64,000 nt of DNA, taken from the NCBI GenBank assembly GCA_010909165.1, contig VJWM01000116.1, positions 248,001 through 312,000 of the forward strand, read 5' to 3'. The notes under the pieces were generated by a model, which was given only the letters and a program-made list of their open reading frames with translations, did not search any database and was not told the DNA's origin. The DNA comes from Anthoceros angustus (taxonomy: Eukaryota; Plantae; Anthocerotophyta). Below, piece by piece: positions 1 through 12,084 of this stretch (positions within the stretch are counted from its first letter, which is position 1; each line of letters starts with the position of its first letter). The translations under genes were made by a program, and so were the position numbers.

Positions 1-1331
1 TCCACGCCTGCAGCCCCAGGAGAGGAGTCTGGACTGGAGATTCTGGATCTTTCCAGAAACCGCCTCTCAGGCCAACTGCCTCCTGGGATCTTCAACGTCT
101 TACAGGGGTTGAGGCTGGCGCACAACTATCTCAGCGGACCCATCCTCGCCAGCGAGAACGGCACCATTGTAACCTTCGACTTGGAGTTCCTGGACCTTTC
201 GTACAACAACTTCATCGGGCCCATTCCTCCCCTGCTCGCCACTTCACGAATCCAGAAGGTGCATACACATCCTCCACCTCCTCCTTTGCACACGTTGACC
301 CACTCTCCACAATTTCTCACAGTGCCAGAGTGACTCCTCAGGTAGTGTTGGCAGGCAACAAGCTGAGCGGGACCATTCCAGACTTCAGCCCAATCTGCCC
401 CGGGCTGCGGGCTGTGTCCTTCGCCCACAATCTTCTCACCGGTGACCCCTTTCCTGGCGGGGTAAAGAACTGCACAAACCTTGTGTTCTACGACGTGTCG
501 TGGAACTCTCTCACCGGCTCCCTACCACGGGAGCTGGCATCATGGCAGGTAAAATCACCCACCCACCTCCTCTGCTTCACATCACACTGCTGCTTCACAT
601 CACACTGCTGCTCCCTACTCCTGCTTACTTCCATTGAACTCCTCTGCCCATCCATGCAGGCCCTCCGCGTCCTGGACGTCAGCCACAACCGTCTGGGCGG
701 AATCTTCCCCGACTTCATCGCCACCCTGCGGGCCCTGGAGTACTTGGACGTGTCTCACAACACCTTCGCAGGCCCGCTCCCGGTGGCCAGATTCAACGCC
801 TTCCCAGCTATACAAAACGCCACCCAGGACCAAGGCTCCTCATTTGGGCTAGGAGCTGTGTCTCTCTACCTGTACCAAAACGTGGTACTGCTGATTGTAC
901 AGCCCACCCTCGATTTCTCAGGTACGCAACTCCACAACTTCCGGCATCTTCTCCTTCTCCACCCACCGCCACTCACCGTCTCATGCCTTCCTTGTACAGG
1001 AAACCTCTTTACCGGCGACATTTCCCCCAACATCGGCTCCCTCCGGCACCTCACCTACTTCAATATCTCCAGAAACCGAGTACAAGGCATCATCCCCGAC
1101 TCCCTGGCGAGAACCAGCGCATTGCAGGTTTTGGACGTGTCCAGGAACCATCTGACGGGCAGAATTCCCTTCAACCTCACCCACCTCAACTTCCTGCGTC
1201 TGGTCGACTTCTCCTACAACAACCTCAGCGGGCCCATCCCTCAATCCCCGATCTGGAGCAAATTCCCCGCCTCCAGCTTCACAGGAAACCATCTGTGCGG
1301 TCCCCCTATCTCCGACAGTTGTCTCGCCTGA
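1..1331 (+). CDS. Extracellular leucine-rich-repeat protein (RLP/PGIP-like), 5'-truncated; exons ~<1-258, 342-548, 660-921, 1000-1331
   Basis: Plant eLRR consensus LxxLDLSxNxLSGxIP repeated throughout. GT-AG introns at 259-341, 549-659 and 922-999 give a continuous LRR frame. An island-like segment is followed by the C-terminal cap SFTGNHLCGPP and a stop at 1329-1331. Confidence 0.85.
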   Translation, partial: HACSPRRGVWTGDSGSFQKPPLRPTASWDLQRLTGVEAGAQLSQRTHPRQRERHHCNLRLGVPGPFVQQLHRAHSSPARHFTNPEGAYTSSTSSFAHVDPLSTISHSARVTPQVVLAGNKLSGTIPDFSPICPGLRAVSFAHNLLTGDPFPGGVKNCTNLVFYDVSWNSLTGSLPRELASWQVKSPTHLLCFTSHCCFTSHCCSLLLLTSIELLCPSMQALRVLDVSHNRLGGIFPDFIATLRALEYLDVSHNTFAGPLPVARFNAFPAIQNATQDQGSSFGLGAVSLYLYQNVVLLIVQPTLDFSGTQLHNFRHLLLLHPPPLTVSCLPCTGNLFTGDISPNIGSLRHLTYFNISRNRVQGIIPDSLARTSALQVLDVSRNHLTGRIPFNLTHLNFLRLVDFSYNNLSGPIPQSPIWSKFPASSFTGNHLCGPPISDSCLA

Positions 1332-1693
1332 AGACGTGACAAGTGGGCTGTGAGATATTTTCACATACAAAACACCAGAGTCAAACACGGCGTTCTTTAC
1401 GTGCCTGTGTCGGACACTCGCCCAATTCATTGATTGACCGGATCGACATCCTGACACTGTTGCCAACATGCCTGGAGATGACCCAATCGAATGCGATCAG
1501 ACGAACTGCCTGTCACAAGGACGCTGTCATAGCCTCAACTGCAGGCACCAAGTATGGCTACCGACACATCGGACAACTGCACGCGGCCCGCCATGGCCGC
1601 TGCCACTTGGATTCGTCCGAGAGACATACAACGACACACCTAAACTCAGTTCTCCAGTAAACGCAAAGCGTGCTCAGATACAACTGCCCGCCT

Positions 1694-1862
1694 GCTGGTT
1701 GGTACCTATCTTTCAGCAGCTTCAGCTAACAAGAGATGGCAGAAAATTACGGCTGGTTGGTAGCCCTCTTTCAGCAGCTTCAGCTAACAAGGGGAGATGG
1801 AAGACATTACTGCTGGTTGGTAACTCTCTTTCAGCAGCTTCAACTAATTAGGAGATGGGCAA
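1694..1862. repeat. Tandem repeat, ~59 bp x3
   Basis: Three imperfect copies of gctggttggta..ctctttcagcagcttcagctaacaag..agatgg; the third overlaps the adenylate kinase stop. Confidence 0.85.
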
Positions 1863-2768
1863 AAATGAGCACCTTTTATTGGATTCAACCAGATCACGAC
1901 CTTTGGCAGTGTCGACATTCAAGGCGGCCAGAAGGCGGGGCCATGTCTCCGGGATGCCTCCAACAATGTCGAAGTCCAGCAGCTTGCCCTGGCGGCGGTA
2001 GAACTCCTCCACGGGCTTGCTCTCGGCGTGGTAGACTCTGAGGCGGGCGCGCACCACGTCCTCCGTGTCGTCGGGGCGGATCACCAGCTTGGCCTCGCAG
2101 CCGGCGGGCGGGAGCAGCGGCGGCATGACAATCCTGGAAGTGCCGTCGGGGCCATCCACATCGATGTTAGCAAGATTGAAGTTGCCCTTACACTGGCTGC
2201 AAACCCGCCGGCCCAGGCACTTCCGGATGAGGATGTCCTCGCGCAGCTTCAGATTCACCACCAGGTCGATCTCCGTCACCTGGTCCAGGATGTGAGCCTG
2301 CTTGGTGGTGCGCGGGAAGCCGTCCAGAATGAAGCCCGTCTCCCCGACGGAAATGCCGTGCTCCAGCCGCTTCTGCAGCAGCTCGAAGATGACGTCGTCC
2401 GGCAGCAGCTTCCCCGCCTTCATGGCCGCCGCGTACTGCCGCGCAACCCCCGTCGGCTCCAGCAAACCCTGCCGCAGCAGATCCCCCATGGCGATGTGCG
2501 GCACATCCAGCAGCTGCGCCAGCCTGCAGGCGTACGTCCCCTTGCCCACCCCGGGGCACCCCAGGAACACCCATTGCTTCCCCCTCCCCAACACCTCCCC
2601 GTGATCGTCGCTCGCCGGGATCGACCCGCTCCCCGCCATGTCGATGCTGCACGACGGCTTGTACCACGGATCCATCTCCAAAGCCGCTGCCTGCGCCGAT
2701 CTGGTGAACACCCGCCGAGCTTCTCCCATCCTGGCCCCGCATCTCCTCAGATGCTGCGCCAGCGCCAT
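1848..2768 (-). CDS. Adenylate kinase, probably organelle-targeted, intronless
   Basis: P-loop WVFLGCPGVGKGTY, HIAMGDLLR, GFILDGFPRT, and LID region GRRVCSQC...RPDDTEDVVRARL. Likely start is MALAQHLRR at 2768, a presequence-like N-terminus. The upstream in-frame extension is a minisatellite. Confidence 0.9.
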   Translation of the reverse strand: MALAQHLRRCGARMGEARRVFTRSAQAAALEMDPWYKPSCSIDMAGSGSIPASDDHGEVLGRGKQWVFLGCPGVGKGTYACRLAQLLDVPHIAMGDLLRQGLLEPTGVARQYAAAMKAGKLLPDDVIFELLQKRLEHGISVGETGFILDGFPRTTKQAHILDQVTEIDLVVNLKLREDILIRKCLGRRVCSQCKGNFNLANIDVDGPDGTSRIVMPPLLPPAGCEAKLVIRPDDTEDVVRARLRVYHAESKPVEEFYRRQGKLLDFDIVGGIPETWPRLLAALNVDTAKGRDLVESNKRCSFLPIS

Positions 2769-2774
2769 GGTCCC

Positions 2775-3005
2775 CTCCCTTGCTTCCTTCCTTTGCTTCC
2801 TACCCTTGCTTCCTACCCTTGTTTCCTTCCCTTGCCTCCTTCCCTTGCCTCCTTCGCTTGCCTCCTTCCCTTGCCTCCTTCCCTCGCCTCCTCCCCTTGC
2901 CTCCTTCCCTTGCCTCCTTCCCTTGCCTCCTTCCCTTGCCTCCTTCCCTTGCCTCCTTCCCTTGCTTCCTTCCCTTGCTTCCCCTCCTGGCTTCCTTCCC
3001 TTACT
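2775..3005. repeat. Pyrimidine-rich 13-bp minisatellite (CCTTGCCTCCTTC)n
   Basis: Roughly 17 degenerate copies directly upstream of the ADK start codon. Confidence 0.9.
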
Positions 3006-3356
3006 TCCGCTCTTTACTTTCTTCCCTCCTGCTCCACACAGGAATCGCGAATCACATGAACCACGAAACAATCTCCAAACCCCCGGCCTTGCTTTCGCAC
3101 AATTCCACACAGCCGCCTGGAGAAATGGAATGCCTGCATGCAACTGCGGGATTCGGGGCTTCCTCGATGCTCCTGGATGCTCCTTGCTTCCTCCTTGTCA
3201 GCGCGGCTTCACAGGTGTCGCTCAGTAGCCGAACCCTAGTCGCCCGTTTCCCACCGTTGGCGGCTCGGCACTTCCCGTTCACGTCCGATGACCCTCAGGA
3301 TCATTCCATATGCCTCGGCGGTTGGTACTTTGATGCTTTTAGGGCATCGGTGGGCC

Positions 3357-6328
3357 CTACTCCCTTCCTTCCAGCTTACTCTCCAGGACAGACACACCGA
3401 CTGCAACTCCGTCCTGGGGTTAACCACGTTTCGCTCGCATCAACCGCAGGAAGGAAGCAAACGGAAATGCTGCTTGTGGAAAGGAACGGAAATGGGTGAA
3501 GGCACGGACCTCTTTCTGGAGCTTCTGGGCCAGGGCAGCTGCACAGGCTTGCATTCTTGGGGAAGCAGCCTCTCGGACAGCATTCACGATCGTGGTGGCA
3601 GCTTCCTCGAAGTCGTCCTCTTCAGGGAAGAGATGGCAGGGCTTCAGAGGGGCCGGGGAGACACCGATCCAGGCCATCCGCTCTGCCCAGTAAAACTGGT
3701 CCAGGATGAAAGGACAGATGATCTGGAAGGAGAAGGAGTCAGGCACAGGCTTTCTTGTTGAAGTGGTGTGGTCCATCGACGTCAAGGTCGGTTCACCTAC
3801 CTGAGGGATGCCAGAAACGAGAGCTGCTGCAGTTGTCCCGCTGCACAAGTACAGAGACCCGTCAGCGATGGTGTGCTCTGTGTGTGTGCCTGTGTGTATG
3901 TGTGTGTGTGTGTGAATGTGTAAAGGCCAGGGGAGAGGTGGTGATATGTACTACCTGCCACCATGGTGGAAGGCTAGAAGGCACTTTGGGAACAGCCAGG
4001 TGTAAGGCACGAATCTGCATGATGTGGTACGTCAGGAACCGACCCATCTATCCACCAGCACAGAAGAGTGAAGCTCAGCTGCTCATTCCTAGATGCAGAC
4101 AGGTTTGGAGGACAGTACCCTGAGTAGCAGAGAAGTCGACCTCCGAACAGATCAATTCCACCATCCATGTTGCTACCTTGAATGGGAGTAGATTTGGATG
4201 ATCCTTCCGTGTCTGCCAGAGATTTTGCAGTAGCCATGACGATGGAGTCGAGAGGTGCATATGCAGAGGTGAAGAGAATCATATGCTGGCCAGATGCCAC
4301 TAAAACCTGCCTGAGAACACGCAGCATGGACTCGGGCTTCTCCAGTAGCCCCAAACTGCAGTCACATGATGCACTCATTGGTTACGTGGGCATCCCAGCA
4401 TCTGTGGAAGGTGAGTAGAAGTTTGCTGCAACAAGGGGAGAGGTCATCACCTGCCGATGCAGCTCATCCCGAAGAAAATAGGCCGACATTTGTTTCCTTC
4501 GTGATCCCTGATATCTTCCAGGAATCGAAGCAACTTGACAGGAGGAGTGAACTTGCTGGCAAGCCGGTCGGAGTGCACGGGTGGAGCTGCAGCTTCATGA
4601 GGCCCCTCCACAATTTCAGAGGTGCTATGAGTCCACCACTCGATGGGGGCTAACCAGAAACCACAAACGTGCACACTCCTTGGCCAGTACCCTTTGATCC
4701 ACAGTTTGTACAGAGCTTTCAGTTCTCTGCCACCAAGGTCTCTTACCAGAACTGCCGACTCTGCGGAAGTGCATACATACCAGGACACTCCACCACTTCT
4801 TCACTGAAGCCGTACCTGTTCAGCAAGCATCCAATTCAACACAATGTGACAAACAAGAGATCATCACTTGCAGAATTCTCAAAAAATAAAGGCAAACCAT
4901 GAATCTTGTGTTGACTGTATCTTCAAGCTTACAGGAGAGGGGATGCTTCAGGCCAACTTTGAGAGATTGGAAGGGCAGTCACAGGGTCCTGCAGTAATGC
5001 ACAAGATGACCACATTCTCAGGTGACGAGGAGACCGGGGTCCACGTTACCTGCAAAAGCCAACGTTTGACCCAAGAGGCTCACCGTCAGAGGATAGGGGC
5101 TCATCTGAAGAGATTCTGTCCGCCAAGTAACCCAGCGCTCACTAAACAGTGGCCACATCCAGTGAAGTACCTCAGGCCACCCAATCTGCACATACAACAA
5201 AAGCAGCAGTTTTAGATCCTGCTCTTCCACGCTTGGATTCCACGAGGATGAGCTCAGCCTATGGTTAGGGAACGCAGAAGAGGTCACTAAATTACCTCCC
5301 CATGGGTGCCTTGCTTTAGACGCCGATAAAGCTGCGGATGTGAGTAACGAAATTTCCTCTCAAATGCAGCAGGAGCACTGCAAGCCAGCATTTTGCAGTC
5401 AATCAGTATCCTGATGCCTCGAGCTAAGAAACAATGAGAAGGGATGAAACACACAGTGACTCTGCACCATGTGGCCTGACATGAAGAAAAGAAACCTGTA
5501 AGGTACAACATATGGTGCCGCAACTGCACATGGCACACCATAGAGCTCAGCAAGATGCCAACCTTCCTGCCAGGATAGCCACCATTTGAACAATGGTATC
5601 AGCCTGTGTGTGCTGAGCCTCAAACAAGAAACAGCATCCTGAAGTCATGAGAGAGCAAGACCAGAGCAAAGAAGTTGAAGAGGATCAGCTGCAACCCAGC
5701 TCCTCCCAATGCAACAATGTCGTCAACCGTTTCCAAACACTCTTTCCTGTGCTCGGAATCCACAGAAGCCCTCCAGCCTCCTCCGACATCTTCCTCAGCT
5801 GAAGCGTGAAGAAGATATGCATTGCAGCAGCAAACTTACTTGAAACCCTCAAAAGACTCCCCAAGCAGGTGAAGCCAAATCACTACCATACCTTCATGCA
5901 CTTGAGACGCAGAAACAACTGGTTGAGTCGAAACCTTTCTGAAGGCAACTCCAGCTGCCGCCAGTGGCCGACACAAAAACTGCAAATCCCATCATGCACA
6001 AAATGCAAATCAGACATGTTTCTCACTTTCCCGTCACTCGACTGCAGCCACAGACACGTACCTTCTCATGAGCAGCATGGGTGATGAAGAAGATGGAGCC
6101 TTTTTGCCTAGCTTTAGCCAGCGACGCTACAAGAACCTGCAGCATTTAAAGGAAATTTACAAACTTTCCAGCACCTACCCGTCCAAGAGAAGCGCACAAT
6201 CTCTGGGCTGTCGAAACCACAACACGAAGAGGAGAAGGAAGAATTCAGGGATAGCCTCTCACCGCTACCGGAATGACGTCGCCCAAAGTTCCGAATGCCA
6301 AGGCCACAATTGTTCCCGCACGAGCCAT
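3357..6328 (-). CDS. UDP-glycosyltransferase, sterol 3-beta-glucosyltransferase (UGT80)-like, multi-exon
   Basis: First exon MARAGTIVALAFGTLGDVIPVA (GT-B G-T-x-G-D-V motif). Later exons include FFITHAAHE, EGWHLAELYGVPCAVAAPYVVPY, HWMWPLF, YGFSEEVVECPG, HHGG|SGTTAAAL..GIPQ and CPFILDQFYWAERM. Last exon DGVAVGVSVLESKLEGRE* ends at 3357. All separated by short GT-AG introns. Confidence 0.85.
3877..3920. repeat. (TG)n microsatellite in a glycosyltransferase intron
   Basis: Interrupted tgtgtg run. Confidence 0.8.
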
Positions 6329-7726
6329 ATCCAGGCAAACACGAAGTGCAGGCACCGAAGATACAGACGGATCAGACATATGTACATACGCTGTCCAAAC
6401 TCCAACGCCACGCACGGCCCCGGGGCAAACAAAAATTCAGAAAAGGTAGCTCCCGAGATATATGTAAGGTCACACTGTGGGAGACTTCGTAAATATGCAG
6501 CGATGGGAAGTCCCATCTAGACCCAGTGTCCACCCAGGGGGTAGGAACAACCCTCTAAGGGCCCAGGCCACGGGGGACTAGCCTCGCGATTGTTTACCCT
6601 GAAGCTACTACCGTCCCAACACGACGAAGTCTGGATATAGAGAACTGTGGGAAAATTGAATTCAATTAGTCATGGATATAGAGAGCTTCACCTAACAAGG
6701 TGAAGTTGCGCCACTGCCAAGTACACAAAGTACACAAAGTACACACAGGACGGCCACGCCTTCATCTCCTTGCCATTAAGACTCACGAGGTAATGGACAA
6801 GGATTTTCCTTGGCTTATTAAGAACAGTGCTAAAGTTTATTACAGTCATCGGAATTAGGTGGGTCTCCCTCTTTCCTTTCTTTCGACAGCGAGTATCCAT
6901 CACCTTGCACAATGATGGTGGGGATGGCACATCCAGGCACGAATCATTCTGTTCCCAGTGTTCCGTGCTAGTGTGGTGCTGTCTGTGCAGGTATACTTTT
7001 TTTTTTTTTGGTTACTGCTTGGCTGCTAGCATGTCCGTGGTTCACCATCGGTTGGTCAGTGGTGTTCAAGGGGAGCACTTGAGTGGTTCCCAGTGTGGCA
7101 AATGATGATAAGACATGGAGCGTTAGTTGCGGTGGTGTCGAGTCTTTGCTCTTGCAAAGGGAACCTACTCGGTTTACCATTGCATTTCTGTGACGCAAAC
7201 TCCTCTGCTGAGGCCACAGGCTGTAGTATCCAACCTGTGTACTCTCTGTTTTGGTGAAGTGTAGGGAGGAGCGTGTAGGGTGCTGGTTTGTGTAGGTAGG
7301 AGTGTGTAGGGTGTTCAGATATGCATGGATGCTGTGGCTGATTTGTGTTGGTAGCATACACTGTAGCAGTGTTGGCGTACTAGTTGAGAGTTGTCACCAA
7401 CTTCTTCCAAATGTGTTTTATTCTTGGTAAATTTTCATCACGTGATATTTTGAGGGTCGCAATGTCGCCGCCAGCTGGTTTGTGTGGCCGCTAGTTGTGT
7501 GAGTTCATCACGGCGCATATTGCATACTAGGAGGACGTCTACTACATACGTATAATTTTGTGCTATTTAATGTTACCTAGATATAGTGATCTCTACCATA
7601 CAAAAGAGAAAGTCTCAACGTAATTCAAGAAAAAATATTTGTATGAATGATCTGTTTTAATATAATAAAATAATTATTCTAAGCTGGGTGCTCGATAGTG
7701 GCTGTATAAGGCCATTATTATATATG

Positions 7727-10645
7727 TAGCTATGCGATTGGGAAGAGGTGTAGTCTGACACGGGGTTGGGTGCTATTGTCCTGGCTGTTGCGTTGGGGTT
7801 TGACTGCGTGCGTATGTGAAATCATAAGTAGTGTAGGGGCGATAGGTGATTGATGTTACGGTTTTTAACCTGAATTTACACCTAAAGCCCTTCCAAAGGC
7901 TTGTTTTCAAAGACATTCGCAGCGGCCAGGCCAGAGGCGCAGCCAAGCCAAAGGCGCAGTGGCGAACCGAGCCCTCGCATCGCTTGGCTTGAGCGCTGAT
8001 GCGGCTTGAAACGTCCTTGGATGAGAGAAAAACTGCACCGCTGTTGTTGTGAAGTGCTGTATTGTGTGTTTCATGTAGACGCGCATAGTAGGATTGTGAT
8101 GTGGCGTTCTCCAGTGATGTTAAACGGAAGGCTTGTTTCTCAAAACATTCGCAGTGGCCGACCGAGAGTTCTCGCCCGCCAGGCTTGAGAACTGATGCGG
8201 TCAATACACTTCCTTGGATATCTGAGGAGATGGATGTGGTTAATGAGCTGTGTGTAGGTTGGACGGGACGGTATCCGTGCTCAGATGTGGGTAGCAGTGT
8301 AGGCTGGTCGATTCCTGCCTTAATTCCTAGCCCGATGTCTCGGCCATCTGGCCACCACCCTGGCGTTGGAGCCAATACTCATCTGTGTGTCCGTACATCT
8401 GGCCTTGGTTCTAGGTGCAGGAGCAGGAGCAGATTGTATGTGCAGAAGCAACCGATGAAGGAGAACGCCTGACTTCTGCCTTGCTATCACTGGGCAGACT
8501 TGTGAAACAAGCTACGTTGCTGTGCAAGGCACAGCCGTACTCTGAGATATGGATGTGGATGCCTTGTATCGGTAGCAGTGTGTAACCAGCGGGTTGGAGC
8601 CTGAGGCAGCCTGTTCCCAGTGTTCCGTGCTAGTGTGGTGCTGTCTGTGCAGGTATACTTTTTTTTTGGGTTACTGCTTGTCTGCTAGCATGTCCGTGGT
8701 TCACCATCGGTCGGTCAGTGGTGTTCAAGGGGAGCACTTGAGTGGTTCCCAGTGTGGCAAATGATGATAAGACATGGAGCCTGCGTTAGTTGCGGTGGTG
8801 TCGAGTCTTTGCTCTTGCAAAGGAACCTACTCAGTTTACCATTGCATTTCTGTGGCGCAAACTCCTCTGCTGAGGCCACAGGCTGTAGTATCCAACCTGT
8901 GTACTCTCTGTTTTGGTGAAGTGTAGGGAGGAGCGTGTAGGGTGCTGGTTTGTGTAGGTAGGAGTGTGTAGGGTGTTCAGATATGCATGGATGCTGTGGC
9001 TGATTTGTGTTGGTAGCATACACTGTAGCAGTGTTGGCGTACTAGTTGAGAGTTGGGGTAGACAACGTGCTGTGCTGAATGGTATAAAAAAGAGCATGAT
9101 CGGGGCACCCTGCGCCCCCATCAACATGAATACTGCACGAAGCTGGAGCTGGAGCTGGAGCTGGTAGCTATGCGATTGGGAAGAGGTGTAGTCTGACACG
9201 GGGTTGGGTGCTATTGTCCTGGCTGTTGCGTTGGGGTTTGACTGCGTGCGTATGTGAAATCATAAGTAGTGTAGGGGCGATAGGTGATTGATGTTACGGT
9301 TTTTAACCTGAATTTACACCTAAAGCCCTTCCAAAGGCTTGTTTTCAAAGACATTCGCAGCGGCCAGGCCAGAGGCGCAGCCAAGCCAAAGGCGCAGTGG
9401 CGAACCGAGCCCTCGCATCGCTTGGCTTGAGCGCTGATGCGGCTTGAAACGTCCTTGGATGAGAGAAAAACTGCACCGCTGTTGTTGTGAAGTGCTGTAT
9501 TGTGTGTTTCATGTAGACGCGCATAGTAGGATTGTGATGTGGCGTTCTCCAGTGATGTTAAACGGAAGGCTTGTTTCTCAAAACATTCGCAGTGGCCGAC
9601 CGAGTTCTCGCCCCGCCAGGCTTGAGAACTGATGCGGTCAATACACTTCCTTGGATATCTGAGGAGATGGATGTGGTTAATGAGCTGTGTGTAGGTTGGA
9701 CGGGACGGTATCCGTGCTCAGATGTGGGTAGCAGTGTGTAGGCTGGTCGATTCCTGCCTTAATTCCTAGCCCGATGTCTCGGCCATCTGGCCACCACCCT
9801 GGCGTTGGAGCCAATACTCATCTGTGTGTCCGTACATCTGGCCTTGGTTCTAGGTGCAGGAGCAGGAGCAGATTGTATGTGCAGAAGCAACCGATGAAGG
9901 AGAACGCCTGACTTCTGCCTTGCTATCACTGGGCAGACTTGTGAAACAAGCTACGTTGCTGTGCAAGGCACAGCCGTACTCTGAGATATGGATGTGGATG
10001 CCTTGTATCGGTAGCAGTGTGTAACCAGCGGGTTGGAGCCTGAGGCAGCCTGTTGCCTGTTCCCAGTGTTCCGTGCTAGTGTGGTGCTGTCTGTGCAGGT
10101 ATACTTTTTTTTTGGGTTACTGCTTGTCTGCTAGCATGTCCGTGGTTCACCATCGGTCGGTCAGTGGTGTTCAAGGGGAGCACTTGAGTGGTTCCCAGTG
10201 TGGCAAATGATGATAAGACATGGAGCGTTAGTTGCGGTGGTGTCGAGTCTTTGCTCTTGCAAAGGAACCTACTCGGTTTACCATTGCATTTCTGTGGCGC
10301 AAACTCCTCTGCTGAGGCCACAGGCTGTAGTATCCAACCTGTGTAATCTCTGTTTTGGTGAAGTGTAGGGAGGAGCGTGTAGGGTGCTGGTTTGTGTATG
10401 TAGGAGTGTGTAGGGTGTTCAGATATGCATGGATGCAGTGGCTGATTTGTGTTGGTAGCATACACTGTAGCAGTGTTTGCGTACTAGTTGAGACTTGGGG
10501 TAGACAACGTGCTGTGCTGAATGGTATAAAAGAGCATGATCAGGGCACCCTGCGCCCCCATCAACATGAATACACGAAGCTGGAGCTGGAGCTGGAGCTG
10601 GAGCTGGAGCTGGAGCTGGAGCTGGAGCTGGAGCTGGAGCTGGTA
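7727..10645. repeat. Nested ~1.44 kb direct duplication (7727-9164 / 9165-10645)
   Basis: Both copies start tagctatgcgattgggaagagg and end in the (AGCTGG)n run. A further partial copy lies at 6947-7392. Confidence 0.9.
10578..10643. repeat. (AGCTGG)n hexamer microsatellite
   Basis: About 11 units here; paralogous runs have ~4 (9141), ~10 (20653) and ~8 (32870) units. Confidence 0.9.
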
Positions 10646-10907
10646 GATGCATTACGAGAACAAGGAATTAAGCCATAGAGCACCCTGTCTTGAGTGTCGT
10701 CCCGTGTCACCCAGAAAGCTGCCAGGCTGCACCGGACCAGCAAACTTGTACTCCTACTTGGGAGTATCTAGAAAGTTGGTTGTGACCTGCTCACCTTCTT
10801 CCTGAAGTGGTAAGCCTGCAAATTCATCACGTTGCAACGCACGATATCGGTTACAATCCCGTCCTACATGCCCACAACACCCGAAATAGCACAATCTCCT
10901 CCAGATA

Positions 10908-12084
10908 TCTGCCCACAAGAAGCCCGAATAATGTGCACCGTTTCTGAGCCAGCTGGTACATGTCTTGAGAGCTTGGGTGCGTGTGCACCTTCAAGTTACT
11001 TGTATGGATAGAGTAGCGCTGGTTCTGACTCGCAGCCGACTCCTGGGAGCCTTTCACTGTTATGGTGCTTGGGCGGAGCCGGTTGGATTGGAGCTGGGTA
11101 CATCGGGTTTGTTTCTCCAGCAGTCGCCCAATTCAGCCGGGCTGCTAGATGTTGTAAATTTCTCTCATCCATGAAAATATCTTCCCACCGGTACCTGCGC
11201 TCTGCTTCACGTGAGAAGGGTCCTGTTGAGCAATGGTGATGATGTGCATCAAGATGCAGACACACCTTGAGGCATGCCGGAAACGAGTTCGGAGTAGAGG
11301 AAACAAGTCACCACCAGAAGGGATCTGGGTGGGGCTACAAAAGTGGTGTCGTTGATGCTGGTGCTCAGCCTGGACCGTCCGCCTGGTACCACAGCCGTCT
11401 CCAGGCTTTGTCCCTGGCAGCCATCATGTGGGAATTCGAAGTTGAGTGGTTACCTTTGGCTGAAGAGTTGTATACAGTCTGGCCGTTAAGCGTGAGCGCA
11501 TTCATTTACACCATCTCAGTGTCAGCCTTCCACCATTCGCCTGCAGGGTTTCGAGAATCAGGCAGTACGGCGAGTGTAGGGGAAGCCACTTGTCGCATCT
11601 CTCCCGTCCTCTCTCAATTCCAGAACACGAACAAGGATCAGTACGGAGCAGCATCTTGGATGCACATCATCACCATTGCTCAACAGGACCCTTCTCACGT
11701 GAAGCAGAGCGCAGGTACCGGTGGGAAGATATTTTCATGGATGAGAGAAATTTACCAAGATGTCCATGGATGGGATTCCGGCATCGATACCACATCACCG
11801 TCCACAACAGAAATTGTTCACAGCAGAAATGCCCGCACTGCTGAACGTCTAGCAGCCCGGCTGAATTGGGCGACTGCTGGAGAAACAAACCCGATGTACC
11901 CAGCTCCAAACCAACCGGCTCCGCCCAAGCACCATAACAGTGAAAGGTTCCCAGGAGTCGGCTGCGAGTCAGAACCAGCTCCATCCATACAAGTAACTTG
12001 AAGCTGCACATGCACCCAAGCTCTCAAGACATGTACCAGCTGGCTCAGAAACGGTGCACATTATTCGGGCTTCTTGTGGGCAGA
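10908..12084. repeat. Long inverted repeat (arms ~10908-11257 and ~11651-12084)
   Basis: The right arm is the reverse complement of the left, e.g. gcccacaagaagcccgaataatgtgcacc vs ggtgcacattattcgggcttcttgtgggc. The right arm has a ~90 bp extra segment. Confidence 0.88.

Noticed and set aside
2769-3143. 125-aa N-terminal extension of adenylate kinase (431-aa ORF)
   Set aside because: Most of it is a translated 13-bp minisatellite that happens to lack stops; MALAQHLRR is a more plausible start.
2028-3499. Long plus-strand ORFs (343, 196, 239 aa)
   Set aside because: Antisense shadows of the GC-rich ADK and the minisatellite, with no recognisable domains.
10355-10678. ORFs with ELELEL, SWSWSW or PAPAPA tracts
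   Set aside because: Translations of the (AGCTGG)n microsatellite in different frames.
11267-12001. 244-aa ORF (and 268/177-aa counterparts at 20934 and 33272)
   Set aside because: Reading frames differ between copies and no motif is recognisable, so I cannot support it as a gene.
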